From: the human T2T-CHM13v2.0 reference genome, Homo sapiens
Direction: 5' to 3' (one strand)
NCBI RefSeq assembly: GCF_009914755.1
Contig: NC_060928.1
DNA: 64,000 bases
The position numbers and the translations under genes were made by a program. The notes under the pieces were generated by a model. It did not search any database, was not told where the DNA came from, and worked only from the letters and a program-made list of their open reading frames with translations. Below, piece after piece: positions 1 through 15,001 of this stretch (its first letter is position 1; each line of letters begins with the position of its first letter).

Positions 1-574
1 TGTGTGTGTTTTGACTGCTCCACTATCAGCCTTTCCCACATTTTTCTCTCTATTCTCTGGTCTACTTAATCCCTGAGACATAACAATATTGAAATCAGGC
101 CAACCAATAATCCTACAATGATCTCTTAGCATTCAAGTGAAAGAAGAGTCTCATATCTCTCATTTTAAGTCAAACTCTAGAAGTGATTAAGCTTAGTGAA
201 GAAGGCATGTTCAAACCAGAGATAAGCCAAAAGCTAGGCCTCTTGCACCACTTAGCCAAGTTGTGAGTGCAAAGGAAAAGTTCTTGAGGAAATTAAAAGT
301 GCTACTTCAATGGACGTGTAAATGATAAGAAAGCAAAACAGCCTTATTCTGGATATGGAGAAAGTTTTAGTGGTCTAGAGAGAAGATCAAACCAGACAAA
401 ACATTCCCTTAGAACTAAGCCTAATCCAGAGCAAGGCTCTAACTCTTTTCAATTCTGTGAAGGCTGAGAGAGGAGAGGAAGCTACAGAAGAAAAGTTGGA
501 AGCTATCAGAAGTTGGTTCATGAGGTTAAAAGAAAGAAGTCATCTCCATAAGTGAAGTACAAGTAAAGCAGCAA

Positions 575-680
575 GGTGCTGATGTAGAAGCTACAACAAA
601 GGTGCTGATGTAGAACCTACAACAAAAGGTGCTGATGTAGAACCAACAACAGAAGGTGCTGATGTAGAAGCTACAATAAA
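575..680 (+). repeat. 26-27 bp minisatellite, 4 copies, inside Tigger1
   Basis: ggtgctgatgtagaa(g/c)c(t/a)acaa... units start at 575, 601, 628 and 655. Confidence 0.95.
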
Positions 681-2040
681 TTATCCACAAGATCTAGCTA
701 AGATCATTGATGAATGTGGCTACACTAAACAACAGATCTTGCAATGTAAATAAAACAGACTGCTACTGGGAGAAGAGGCCATCTAGGGCTTTCATAAAGA
801 GGACAAGTCAATATCTGCCTTCAAAGTTTCAAAGGACAGGCTGACTCTCTTATTAGGGATTAATTCAGCTTGTGTCTTTACATTGAAGCCAATGCTCACT
901 TACCATTTTGAAAATTCTAAGGCCCTTAAGAATGATGCTCTTAATAAATCTACCCTGTCTGTGCTCTTCAAATGGAACAACAAAGCCTAGATGGCAGCAC
1001 ATCTGCCTATAGCATGGTTTATTGAACATTATGACCACTCTTGAGACCTACTGCTTAGAAAAAAAAAATTCTTTTTTGAAATATCACTGCTCATCGACAA
1101 TTCACCTGATCACTCAAGAGCTCTGACAGAGATGTACAAGGAGGTTATTGTTGATTGTCTGCTTGCTAACACAACATCCATTCTGTAGCTTATGGATCAA
1201 GGGGTAATTTCTAATTTCAAGTCTTCTTGTTTACAAAATATACTTTATAATGCCATAGCTGCAATAGAGAGTGATTTGTCTGATGGACTCGGACAATGTA
1301 AATTGAAAACCTTCAGAAAAAAGTTCACCATCTAGATGTCATCCAGAACATTTGTGATTCATGGGAAAAGGTCAAAATATCAACGTTAATAAGGGCTTGA
1401 AAGAAATTAATTCCAACTCTCATCAATGAGTTGGAGAGGTTCAAGACTTCAGTAGATGAAGTAACTATAGATATGGGGGAAATAGTAAGAAAACCAGAAT
1501 AAGAAGTGGAGCCTGAAGGTGGGATTGAATTGCTCCAATCTCATGATCAAACTTTAACAGATGAGGAATTGCTTCTGACAGATGAGCAAAGCAAGTGGTT
1601 TTTTGAGATGAAATATACCCCTGGTGAAGATATTGTAGACATTGTTGGAATGACAACAAAGGATTTAGAATATATTTATAACTTTATAAGTAATAAGATT
1701 TATAAGTTTATACTTCATTGATAAATCAGAAACAGACTGTAAGAAGATTGACCCCAATTTGAAAAAATTTCTACTGTAAGTAAAATACTGTTCAACAAAA
1801 TACTAACAATATCACAAAGCTACAGAGAAAGCTTTCATGAAAGGAAGAGTCAATAAATGCAGCAAACTTCGTTGTTATCTTATTTTAAGAAATTGCTATA
1901 CCCAGTCCAACTTTCATAAGTCACCACCATGATCAGTCAGCAGCCATCAACACTGAGGTAAGATCTTCCACCAGCAAAAAGGTTATGACTTGCTGAAGGC
2001 TCAAAAGATTGTTAGCAGTTTTTAGCAAAAAAAAGTTTTT

Positions 2041-2231
2041 GTTTGTTTGTTTGTTTGTTTTGTTTTGTTTTGATTTTGAGACGGAGTCTGCTCTGTTGCC
2101 CAGGCTGGAGTGCAGTGCAGTGGTGTGATCTCGGCTCACTACAAGCTCTGCCTCCCAGGTTCACGCCATTCTGCTGCCTCGGCCTCGCAAGTAGTAGCTG
2201 GGACTACAGGTGCCCACCATCACGCCCGGCT

Positions 2232-2272
<41 letters not shown>

Positions 2273-2388
2273 TAGAGACAGGGTTTCACCGTGTTAGCCA
2301 GGATGGTCTCGATCTCCTGACCTCGTGATCCTCCTGCCTCAGCCTCCCAAAATGCTGGGATTACAGGTGTGAGCCACCGCACCCAGCC
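2041..2388 (-). mobile_element. AluY with (GTTT)n tail and linker expanded to a pure T run
   Basis: AluY diagnostics (gtgttagccaggatggtctcgatctcc, cacgccatt); TSD aaaaaaa(a/g)gttttt at 2027-2040 and 2389-2402. Confidence 0.95.
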
Positions 2389-5162
2389 AAAAAAAGGTTT
2401 TTAACTAAGGCATGTATGTACATTTTTTAAGACATTATTCTACTGCACACTTAATAGACTATAGGATTGTGCAAACATAATTTTTATATGCACTGGGAAA
2501 CCAAAAATTCCTGTGAATCACTTTATTGCTTTATTGTAGTGGGCTGGAACTGAACTCATAATATCTCCAAAGTATACCTGTATTTTGATTTAGTCTCACT
2601 TTTTTAATTTTAATTTTTAATTTTTTGGGGTACATAGTAGATATATATATATATGGGGTACATGAGATACTTTAATACATGCATGTAATGTGAAATAAGC
2701 ACATTATGAAGAATGAGGTATCCATCCCCTCAAGCATTTATCCAATGAGTTGCAAACAATCCAATTACACTCTATGTTATTTTAAAATGTACAGTTAATA
2801 TAGTCACTCTGTTGTGCTATCAAATAGTATATCTTATTCATTCTTTCTATTTATTATGCATTAACCATCCTTACCTCCCTTCAAAACCCCCTACTACCCT
2901 TCTTAGCCTTTGGTAACCATCCTTCTACTCTCTATGTCCATGATTTCAATTATTTTGATTTTTAGATCCCACAAATAAGTGAGAACATATGATGTTTGTC
3001 TTTCTGTGCCTGACTTATTTCACTTAACATAATGATCTCCAGTTCCATCCATGTTGTTGCAAATGACAGGATCTCATTCCTTTTATAGCGGAATAACACT
3101 CCATTGTGTATATGCCACATTTTCTTTATCCATTCTTCTGTTGATGGGCACTTAGGTTGCTTTCAAATCTTAGCCATTGTGAACAGTGCTGCAACAAACA
3201 TGGGAGTGCAGATATCTCTTCATTATACTTATTTCCTTTTTATGGGGTATATACCCAGCAGTTAGATTGCTGGATCATATGGTAACTGTATTATTAGTTT
3301 TTTGAGGAACCTCCAAACTGTTCTCCATAGTGGTTGCACTTATTTACATGCTCACAAACAGCGTACAAGGGTTCCCTTTTCTCCACATACCCTCCAGCAT
3401 TTGTTATTGCCCATCTTTTGGTGAGAAGCCTTTTTAACTAGGGCGAGATGATATCTTACTGTAGTTTTGATTTGCATTTCTTGGATGATCAATAATTTTG
3501 AGCACCTTTTCATATGCCTGTTTGCCATTTGTATATCTTCTTTTGAGAATTGTCTACTCAAATCTTTAGCCCATTTTTTTTTATCAGATCATTGGATTTT
3601 TTTGCCTGTAGAGTTGTTTGAGCTCCTTATATATTCTAGTTATTAATCCCTTGTCAGCTGGATAGTTTGCAAACATATTCCCCCATCCTGTTAGTTGTCT
3701 CTTCACTTAATTTATTGTATCCTTTGCTGTGCAGAAGCTTTTTAACTTGATGTGATCCCATTGGTTACTTTTTGCATTCATTGCCTGTGTTTGTATGGTA
3801 TTGCTCAAGAAATTTTTGCCCAGACCAATGTCCTGGAGATTTTCTCAAATGTTTTCTCACAGTAGCTTCATGATTTGAGATCTTATATGTAAGCCTTTAA
3901 CCCATTTTGATTTGACTTTTGTATATGGCAAGAGATAGGGGTCTAGTTTCATTCTTCTGCATATGTATATTCAGTTTTCCCCACACCATTTATTAAAGAG
4001 ACTGTCTTTTTCCCAGTGTATGTTCTTGGCAACTTTGTGGAAAATGAGTTCACTGTAGATGTGTGGATTTTTTTGAGTTTTCTGTTCTGTTCCATTGCTC
4101 TATGTGTCTGTTTTTATGCCAGTACCATGCTGTTTTGGTTACTACAACTCTGTGGTATAATTTGAAGTCAGGTAATGGTGATTTTTTCACTTTTGTTCTT
4201 TTTGCTTAGGATAGCTTTGGCTATTCTGGGTCTTTTGTGGTTTCATATAAATTTTAGAATTATTTTTTCTATTTCTGTGAAGAATGTTATTGGTATTTTG
4301 ATAGAGATTGCATTGAGTCTATAGTTTGCTATGGGTAGTATGGATATTTTAACAATATGAACTCTTCCTACCCATGAAAATTGAATATTTTCCATTTTTT
4401 GGTGTCCTCTTTAATTATTTTCACCACTGTTTTATAGTTTTTATTATAGAGTTCTTTTATTTCTTTGGTTATTTTCCAGATATTTAATTTCATATGTGGC
4501 TATTATAAATGGGATTATTTTTTGGTTTCTTTTTCACATTGTTCACTGTTGGCATAAAAATGCTACTTATTTTTGTGTGTTGATTTTGTATCCTGCAACT
4601 ATATTGAATTTATCAGGTCTAATAGTTTTCTTGTAGCATTTTGAGGGTTTTCCAAATGTAAAATCATATCATCTGGAAACAAGGATAATTTGACTTCTTC
4701 CTTTCCCATTTGGGATGTCCTTTGTATCTTTCCCTTGTCTGATTGCTCTAGCTAGGACTTTGAGTAATATGTTGAATAGCAGTGGTGACAGTGAGCATCC
4801 TTGTCATGTTCCAGATCTTAGAGGAAAGAGTTTTAGTTTTTCTCTGTTCAGTATGATATGAGCTGTGGATCTGTTGTATGTGGCTTTTAATATATTGAGC
4901 TACGTTCCTTCTAATCCCAGTTTGCTTGGGGAGGGGGTTAACATTAAGGGATGTTGATGTTTATCTAATGCTTTTCAGCATCAATTTAAATGATCATATG
5001 GTTTTTATCCTTTATTCTGTTAATATAATGTATCACAATGATTGATTTGCGTATGTCTAACCATCCTTGCATCTCAGGGATAAATCCACTTGGTCATGAT
5101 GAATGATCTTTCTAATGTATTGTCAAATTAGGTTTGCTAGTATTTTTTCTGTTGAGGATTTT

Positions 5163-6956
5163 TTTTTATTATATTTTAAGTTCTAGGATACATGTGCAAA
5201 ACATGCAGTTTCGTTACATAGGTATACATGTGCCATGGTGGTTTGCCGCACCCATCAACCTGTCACCCACATTAGGTATTTCTCCTAATTTTATCCCTCC
5301 CCTAGCCTGCCACCCCCCACCCGCCCCAGTGTGTGATGTTCCCCTCCCTATGTCCATGTGTTCTCATTATTCAACTCCCACCAATGAGTGAGAACATGTG
5401 GTGTTTGTTTTTCTCTTCTTGTGATAGTTTGCTGAGAATGATGGTTTACAGCTTCATCCATGTGGGACATGAACTAATCTTTTTTATGGCTGCATAGTAT
5501 TCCATGGTGTATATGTACCACATTTTCTTTATCCAGTCTATCATTGATGGGCATTTGGGTTGCTTCCAAGTCTTTGCTATTGTGAATAGTGCCTCAATAA
5601 ACATACATGTGCATGTGTCTTTATAGTAGAATGATTTATAATCCTTTGGGTATATACCCAATAATGGGATTGCTGGGTCAAATGGTAATTCTAGTTCTAG
5701 ATCCCTGAGGAATTGCCACACTGTCTTCCACAATGGTTGAACTAATTTACACTCTCACCAACAGTATAAAAGCATTCCTATTTCATCACATCCTCTCCAG
5801 CATCTGTTGTTTCCTGACGTTTTAATGATCACCATTCTAACTGGCGTGAGATGGCATCTCATTGTGGTTTTGATTTGCATTTCTCTAATGACCAATGATG
5901 ATGAGCATTTTTTCATATGTCTGTTGGCTGCATAAATGTCTTCTTTTGAGAAGTGTCTGTTCATACCCTTGCCCACTTTTTGATGGGGTTGTTTGTTTTT
6001 TTCTTGTAAATTTGTTTAAGTTCCTTGTAGATTCTGGATATTAGCCCTTTGTCAGATGGATAGATTGCAAAAATATTCTCCCATTCTCTAGGTTGCCTGT
6101 TTACTCTGATGACAGTTTCTTTTGTTGTGCAGAAGCTCTTTAGTTTAATTAGATCCCATTTGTCAATTCTGGCTTTTGTTGCCATTGCTTTTGGTGTTTT
6201 AGAGATGAAGTCTTTGCCCATGCCTATGTCCTGAATGTTATTGCCCAGGATTTCTTCTAGGATTTTTATGGTCTTAGGTCTTACATTTAAGTCTTTGATC
6301 CATCTTAAGTTGATTTTTTTATAAGGTGTAAGGAAGTTGTCCAGCTTCAGTTTTCTGCATATGGCTAGCCAGTTTTCCCAGCACCATTTATTAAATAGGG
6401 AACCATTTCCCCATTGCTTGTTTGTATCAGGTTTGTCAAAGATCAGATGGTTGTAGATGTGTGGTGTTATTGCTGAGGACTATGTTCTGTTCCTTTGGTC
6501 TATATATCAGTTTTGATACCAGTACCATGCTGTTTTAGTTACTGTAGCTTTGTAGTATCGTTTGAAGTCAGGTAGCATGATGCCTCCAGCTTTGTTCTTC
6601 TTTCCCAGGACTGTCTTTGCTATGTGGGCTCTTTTTTTGGTTCCATATGAACTTTAAAGTAGTTTTTTCCAATTTTGTGAAGAAAGTCAATGGTAGCTTG
6701 ATGGTGATAGCATTGAATCTTTAAATTACTTTGGGAATTATGGCCATTTTCATGATATTGATTCTTCCTATCCATGAGCATGGAATGTTTTTCCATTTGT
6801 TTGTGTCCTCTCTTATTTCCTTGAGCAGTGGTTTGTAGTTCTCCTTGAAGAGGTCCTTCAAATCCCTTGTAAGTTGTATTCTTAGGTATTTTATTCTCTT
6901 AGTAGCTATTGTGAATGGGAGTTCACTCATGATTTGTCTCTCTGTTTGTCTGACTT
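5163..6956 (-). mobile_element. 5'-truncated L1PA7/PA8-like element nested in the L1MA
   Basis: L1PA-type 3' UTR; ORF2 C-terminal fragments (5446-6981); TSD ttgaggatttt at 5152-5162 and 6957-6967. Confidence 0.92.
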
Positions 6957-7021
6957 TTGAGGATTTTGCATCAATATTCATCAGAGATATTGGCCTGTAG
7001 TTTTCTTTTCTTGATGTGTCT

Positions 7022-7226
7022 TTCTGGTTTTGGTATCAGGGTAACACTGGCCTCATAGAATGAGTTTGGAAGTATTCCCTTTTCCTCTGTTTTTAGAATA
7101 GTTTGAGTAGGATTGGTATTAGTTCTGGTTTGGTATCAGGGTAACACTGGCCTCATAGAATGAGTTTGGAAGCATTCCCTTTTCCTCTATTTTTAGAATA
7201 GTTTGAGTAGGATTGGTATTAGTTCT
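7022..7226 (+). repeat. About 100 bp tandem duplication within L1MA ORF2
   Basis: tggtatcagggtaacactggcc... at 7031 and 7131; copies differ by 2 substitutions and a 1-nt indel. Confidence 0.95.
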
Positions 7227-10200
7227 TGTTTAAATGTTTGGTAGAATTTAGCAGTGCAGCCATCAGGTCCCATGCTTTTCTTTGCTGGAAGACATTTTAT
7301 TATGGCTTTAATTTTGTTACTTGTTATTGGTCTGTTCAGGTTTTGCATATTTTCATGGTTCAATCTTGGTAGTTTGTATGTTTCTAGGAATTTGTCCATT
7401 TCTTCTAGATTTTCCAATTTATAGTACATACTTGCTCATAGTAGCCACTAATGATCCTTTTAATTTCTGCAGTATCAGTTGTAATGTCTCCTTTTTTATT
7501 TCTGATTTTATTTGGATCTTCACTCTGTTTTTCTTAGTCAATTTGGCTGAAGGTTGGTCAATTTTGTTTAACTTTTCAATTAAAACAACTTTTTGTTTCA
7601 TTGATCTTTTGTATTTTTTTCATTTCAGTTTCATTTATTTCTGCTCTGATCTTTATTATTTCTTGCTTCTACTAATTTTGAGTTGGTTTTCATTGCTTTT
7701 CCAGTTCTTTAATGAGTCTTTTTTTCTTTCCTCCATTAAGCCAGTCTACATCTTTTGATTGGAGAGTTTAGTCCATTTACATTCAATGTTATTGATAAGT
7801 AAGGACTTATTCCTGCTATTTTGTTATTTCTTTTCTGGCTGCTTTGTGGTCTTCCTTCATTCTTTAATTCTTGTCTTTCTCTAGCAAAGATGATTTTCTC
7901 TGGTGATATGATTTCGTTTCTTGCATTTTATTTTTTGTGTATCCATTGCATGTTTTTGGTTTGAGGTATACATGAGGCTTGCAAATATTATCTTATAACC
8001 CCCTATTCTCACCTGACAAAGACATTATTTCCATAAACAAACAAACAAGCAAAAATAAAACTAATAAAAACTCATCTTAACTTTGTCCTCCTGCTTCTTA
8101 ACTTTTTGTTGTTTCTATTTATAACGTATTGTACTGACTATGTACTGAAAAGTTGTTGTACTTATTTTTGATTGGTTCATTGTTAGTCTTTCTACTTGAG
8201 TTGTTTATACACCAATATTAGTGTTCTAATATTCTGTGTTTTTCTGTGCGCTTACTATTACCAGCAAATTTTGTACTTTCAGATGTTTGCTTATTGCTTA
8301 TTAATGTCCTTTTCTTTCTGATGAAAGTACTCCCTTTAGCATTTCTTGCAGGACAGGTCTGGTACTGGTGAAATCTCTTGGCTTTTCTTTGTTTGGGAAA
8401 GTCTTTATTTCTCCTTCATATTTGAAAGATATTTTCATCAGACATGGTGTTCTAGAGTAAAAGTTTTTATTTTTCCTTCAGCACTTTAAATATGTCATGC
8501 CACTCTCTCCTGGCCTATAAAGTTTCCACTGAAAAATCTACTGCCAGACGTATTACAGCTCCATTGTATGTTATTTGTTTATTTTCTCTTACTGCCTTTA
8601 GGATTCTTTCTTAATCCTTGACTTTGAAAGTTTGAATATTAAATGCCTTGAGGTAGTCTTCTTTGGATTAAATCTACTTGGTGTTCTATAACTTTCTTGT
8701 AGTTGGATAGTGATATCTTTCTCTAGGTTTGGGAAGTTCTCTGTTATTATCCCTTTGAATAAACTTTCTACCTCTGTCTCTTTCTTTCTCTCCTCTTTAA
8801 GGTCAATAACTCTTAGATTTGCCCTTTTAAGGCTATTCTCTAGATCCTATAGGCATGCTTCATTCTTTTTTATTATTTTTTCTTTTGTCTCCTTTGACTG
8901 TATTTTCCAGTAGCCTGTCATCAAGCTAATTCTTTATTCTGCTTTATCCATCCTGTTATTAAAACATTCTGATGCATTCTTCAGTATGCCAATTGCATTT
9001 TTCAGCTCCAGAATTTCTTCTTGATTCCTTTACATTATTTAAGTCTCTGTTAAATTTATCTGATAGAATGCTGAATTCCTTCTCTGTGTTATATTGAATT
9101 TCTTTGAGTTTCCTCACACAGCTATTTTAAATTATGTATCTGAAAGGTCACATAGCTCTGTTTTTCCAGGATTGGTCCTTGGTGCCTTATTTAGTTTATT
9201 TTGTGAGGTCATATTTTCCTGGATGGTGTTGATGCTGGTAGATGTTCTTTGGTGACTGGGCATTGAAGAGTTAGGTATTTATTATAGTCTTCATTGTCTG
9301 GCCTTATTTGTAGCCATCCTTCTTGAGAAGGCTTTCTAGCTATTTGAAAGGACTTGGGTGTTGTGATCTAAGCTGTTTGTACTTTAGAGGTTACCCCAAG
9401 CCCAGTAACACTGTGGTTCTTACAGACTAATAGAGGTGCTGTCTTGATGATCTTAGACCAGATCCAGGAGAATTCCTTGGATTACTAGGCAGAGATTCTT
9501 GTTCTCTCCTCTTACTTTTTCTCAAACATACAGAGTATCTCTCTCCTTTCTGAGCCACCTAAAGCTGGGGGTGGAGTGACACAGGAACCCCTGCGGCCAC
9601 CACTACTATGACTGTATTAGGTCAGACCTGAAACCAACATAGTGCTGGGTCTCGCCCAAGGCCTGCTGTAACCACTTCCTGATTACCCCTTATGTTTGCT
9701 CAAGGCCCTGGGGCTCACAATCAGCAGGTGGCAAAGCCAGCCAGGTGTGTGCCCTTCCCTCAAGGCAGTGAGGTCCTCAGGTCCCGGGTAAGTCTAAAGG
9801 TGCCACCTAGGAGTCAGAGACTAGAGTCAAAAACCTTAGAAGTCTACCTGGTATTCTTTATATTGAAGATCACAAAACTCAGTCCTTCCCACTCTTCCCT
9901 CCACTTTACAAAGGCAGAGGAGCCTCATCCCAAGCTGCCACACGTTCTCTTAGTCAGCTTGTGGTGAATGCTGCCTGGCCTAGGACTCACACTTCAGGGC
10001 AATTGGTTCCCCTCTGCCCCAGGGCTGGTCTAGAAATACCATCCAAGAGTTAAGTCCTGGAATTGGGGTCCCTAAGAGCCCACTTGGTACTCCACCTCTG
10101 TGGCAGTGTTGGTACCTAAGGTGCAAGACAAAGTTCCCTTTACTTTTCCCACTGCTTTTCTCAAGCAGGAGTTTTGCCCCACAGCCACCACAGCTAACTT

Positions 10201-11205
10201 TAGCTGAGTGTCACCTAAAGCCAGCAAATCTCAGAGGCTCACCAAGGCCCTCAGTGTTGTACCTGGGTATTGTTGCTTGTTATTCAGGATGCAAGGGCTT
10301 TTTGATTAGCAGGGGATAAATGCTGGCAGGACTGTGTCTTTTTCTTTTATGTAGCAGTTCATTCTGGCCCAGGGTGTGTCTAGAAGTGTTATCTGGGAGT
10401 TAGGGCCTGGAATGGGAGCCTCATGACTTTGACTAGTGCCCTATCCTGCTGTGGCTGAGCTGGTATCCAAAATGCAAGACAAAGTCCTCCCCACTTCCCC
10501 CTCTCCTCTCCTCAAGTGGAAGGATAGGGTCTCCTTTGGAGCCATGAGCTGTGCAGCCTGGGGTTAGTGGAGGGGTAAGGCCAGCACTCACTTGACTGCC
10601 CCAGCTAGTGTCTCAGTATGCTGCTTGCCCCCTAGTCCATTGTCCCTGGGCCTAGTTCAGCCCTGGGATTCATCTAAGAGTTGCAGTCCTTACGGCCTAG
10701 ACTGTCTTTCAAGTTTACTTAGAGACCCAGAGCCCTTTGGCCCTCAGTGGTGAGTTTTGCAGGCACTTAAGTTCTGACTGCTGGGATCAGTGTTTTCCCT
10801 CTGACTAGCACTGGTTTAAATGCTCCCTGTGTGGGTGGGCATCAGCTGAGTCTGATCTGGGTTTTTCTGTCTGCTCTAACAGAGCAGCACTGAGTTCAGT
10901 GCCTCACAATTGCTGTGTTCTTCCCCAAGTGCCCAGAAACACTCTCTGCCCCACTCTGCTGCTGCCAAAGGGGAGGGAAGGGGTTGTGTCACCGATTCAG
11001 GACTGTTTTGTCTATCTCCTTAGAGCCTCTTTCAGCGTTAAAAAGTTAAAACCAAGTATATAAGTGCTTACCTGATTTTTGGCTCTTATGAAGGTGTTTT
11101 TTCCGTGTAGATAGTTGTTAACTTGGTGTACTTACATGGAGGATGATCAGTGGAGCTCTCTATTCCACCACCTTGCTCCACCTTTCTCTCATTTATGCTC
11201 ACTTT

Positions 11206-12517
<1,312 letters not shown>

Positions 12518-13554
12518 CTTCTTTACTTGCTTTTAGGAAACTTACCTGGTTCTCAATTGTGGTAGCTAACTCACTTCCACATTTGGTATATTTTGAATAC
12601 TAATATTTCTCCACTCTCTACTATCCTGTATATCTCCATGTTTTATAAACTTTGCCTGCCCATTTCTTGGTGTGTTACAGACAACATGAGTTATGTTGGG
12701 CAATTGCTTGGGAAAGCAAAGGAAAATTAGCTGAGAGGTTGCCAGTTGGTCTAAGAGAAAGCTCATATTCATAAAATCTGCCTTCATATAACTTCCCCAT
12801 TCATACTCTCATACTCAACTTTTGTGACTTATTTAAATGAGCAGTTGGTGTGGGAGAGGAACTAAAAGAGACATATTGGAAAGCAAAGAACGAAAGATTT
12901 TAAAAGTGAGTAAGTTTCGAAGGATGTCTCTTCTACTAGATTCTCATCATTTAAATCTTCAGCCAGACCTTCAAACCTTTAGATGTCCAATTGCTATTTT
13001 GGAAAAGTATGATCTCAACTTGGAGCACAATCTAGGATCAAGCAAATAACTTAGAGGACCTCTGCTTGCTACAGGAAAATTTATAAAGCTAAAGGGAAAG
13101 TGTCAGCTCAGAATTCCCCAGACTGCTTTTAAAACAGTACTGGACCACTCAAATCATTTCCAAAAAAAGGCCTTAACATTTTTTCAAAAGTGAGCAAAAT
13201 TATTGTGACTCAAATGTTCAACTGACATTCACTGGAGTTAGTGGGTTGATGACAGGTTAAATATATTGTGAAGTTGAATTATTATGTGAAATATGTACCT
13301 TTAATGACATGTTGGAGACTTATGTGTACAATATAAACATATTTCAGATAACACAAAATAAAATAATATTTTCAATTATTTTAGATGTCTTTGCTGCTGT
13401 ATTTTTATGTTTTGGCAGCAAAGATTATATCCATGGCTATTTAATTCTAAATCTTAAATCAGGAATGCAGCTCCCAATTATAATACTGTTGCTTTTTAAA
13501 AAAAAAAAAAAAAAAAGGTAGTTAGTAATAGAGGTAAAAATTAGATCTGCATTA

Positions 13555-13712
13555 AAAACTAGATTCTACAACTTAAAATTACATTATATGACCTTAAGCA
13601 AGATACTTAGCCTGTTTAAGCATTAAAGTATGTGTCAGTAAAATGGGGAAAATAAAAGTATGAACCTGAGGATTAAACAACGTAAGATATATGATGCACT
13701 TAGCTACTTAGC
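13555..13712 (+). mobile_element. MIR SINE fragment
   Basis: MIR core tgaccttaagcaagatacttagcc...gtaaaatgggga...tgaggattaaa. Confidence 0.7.
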
Positions 13713-14219
13713 TTATGTTCCTTACTGCCTTTCTAGGATACCTTCCTAATGCAATCTTCCATGCAGTTGTAGATGCCTTTGTAGACTTCACAGTGGACCA
13801 AACGAAGATGTCACTGTCAATATTAAATAGCATTCTGATGTTAACTATTGGAGGTACAAAGGAAAAGCACTAGTTATTCCAGTAAAGTAAATCCTTCATA
13901 TTTCTGGGTGAGGGCAAGAGCCAGAAAAAAATTAATATGGTGTTGATAGTCATTCCCAAGACCAAGAGAGAAATGCTCCCACCTACCCAGGTTTGCGTTA
14001 TTGGACACTACATCACTGGAGCAGAATTCCACCTCATTCTCTTTTCCTTTTTTGTCAGGAACATATCTTTGAAAGGTGATAGAGGCAATCCGGAGCAGCA
14101 CAAACGGTGTGCATGGGCATCATTGCAAGAATGTGATAACAGCAGAGCCATACATACAGAATAGGAAAAAGAAAAAGGATGACTTAAAGTCCCAGCCGTT
14201 TTACCAACACCATCTGAAC

Positions 14220-14335
14220 ATTTCATTATTCCAGTTTCAGAGATGAGTAAATGAAGATTCAGAAAGATTAAGCAACCTCTCCAACACATTTAATTAGAAA
14301 CAATAGGGCTAAAATTTATATCAACATCTCTATCA
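14220..14335 (-). mobile_element. MIR SINE fragment
   Basis: attattccagtttcagagatgagtaaatgaagattcagaaagattaagcaacc matches the antisense MIR core. Confidence 0.65.
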
Positions 14336-14344
14336 TCCTTGCAC

Positions 14345-14796
14345 AGTGAGAGAGATGGCATTAATACCCCCCCCCCCACAAGTCTTTACCCTCCCTTGTA
14401 TCTATAACCTTTGCATATAACTGTAGGTCTCTTCACTACACAGAGGAAACCCATTTCCCCACTTCTTCACTTTGGGTGTAGCCATGTGGCTTATTGTCAC
14501 CAGTAGAATGAGGGGGGAAGTTATGGTTTGCTAAAGCCCTCAGAGGCCATGTATGTCTTCCTCTTGCCTTGATGGCCCTCTACCATGACCACGAAACATG
14601 TTTGTGAAGGCCAGCTCACTGGTCCCAAGGGGAGGATGAGAGACACGTGGAACAGAGCCATCCCAGACAAACCCCACCTAAAGCACCCAACCCAGAGTTG
14701 ATCTGTAGCTATAGAGCTATAATAGTAAATTATTATTGTTGTTAACCACTGAATTTGGGGGTAGTTTGCTTTGTAGCAATGGCTAACCAGTGTACA
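14345..14796 (+). mobile_element. MLT1-family (ERVL-MaLR) solo LTR
   Basis: tagccatgtggcttattg...; gagagacacgtggaacagagcc; 3' end gtagcaatggctaaccagtgtaca. Confidence 0.75.
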
Positions 14797-15001
14797 TGCT
14801 ATCAACAGATTAAGCTTGACATTACTGTTAATTTCATTAAAATTTTTTTGTTTTTGCAATTATGAGGATAGTAACCCAGAAGATCAGCTCTAATTGACAT
14901 TTTTGAGAAAGTTATTAAAGCTATTACTAAGAAGTTAAAAAGGGTCATTGGGGTATTTGATATCTTATGTTTAAGGGGGAGCTGCACCATGTAATCTACT
15001 T

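Larger units (their letters stand above)
1..2580 (+). mobile_element. Tigger1 (TcMar-Tigger) DNA transposon fossil, 5' end off-window, degenerate transposase, interrupted by an AluY
   Basis: Degenerate transposase start near 118 (atgatctcttagcattcaagtgaaag); ORF 1506-1721 is a Tigger1 C-terminal remnant; ends in the Tigger1 TIR ...ggaactgaactcataatatctccaaagtatacctg (2580) followed by TA. Confidence 0.93.
2603..11190 (-). mobile_element. Near full-length old L1 (L1MA1-3-like 3' end, L1M1-type 5' UTR), dead; internal ORF2 deletion near 7710
   Basis: 3' UTR at about 2603-3000, ORF2 remnants (7193-7429, 7419-7601), long inter-ORF spacer about 7800-8290, ORF1 remnant about 8300-9250, 5' UTR to 11183; degenerate TSD atttagtctcacttt (2588-2602) / atttatgctcacttt (11191-11205). 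Confidence 0.88.

Noticed and set aside
575-680. CRISPR-like array
   Set aside because: Repeats are contiguous with no unique spacers, lie inside Tigger1, and the DNA is eukaryotic with no cas genes
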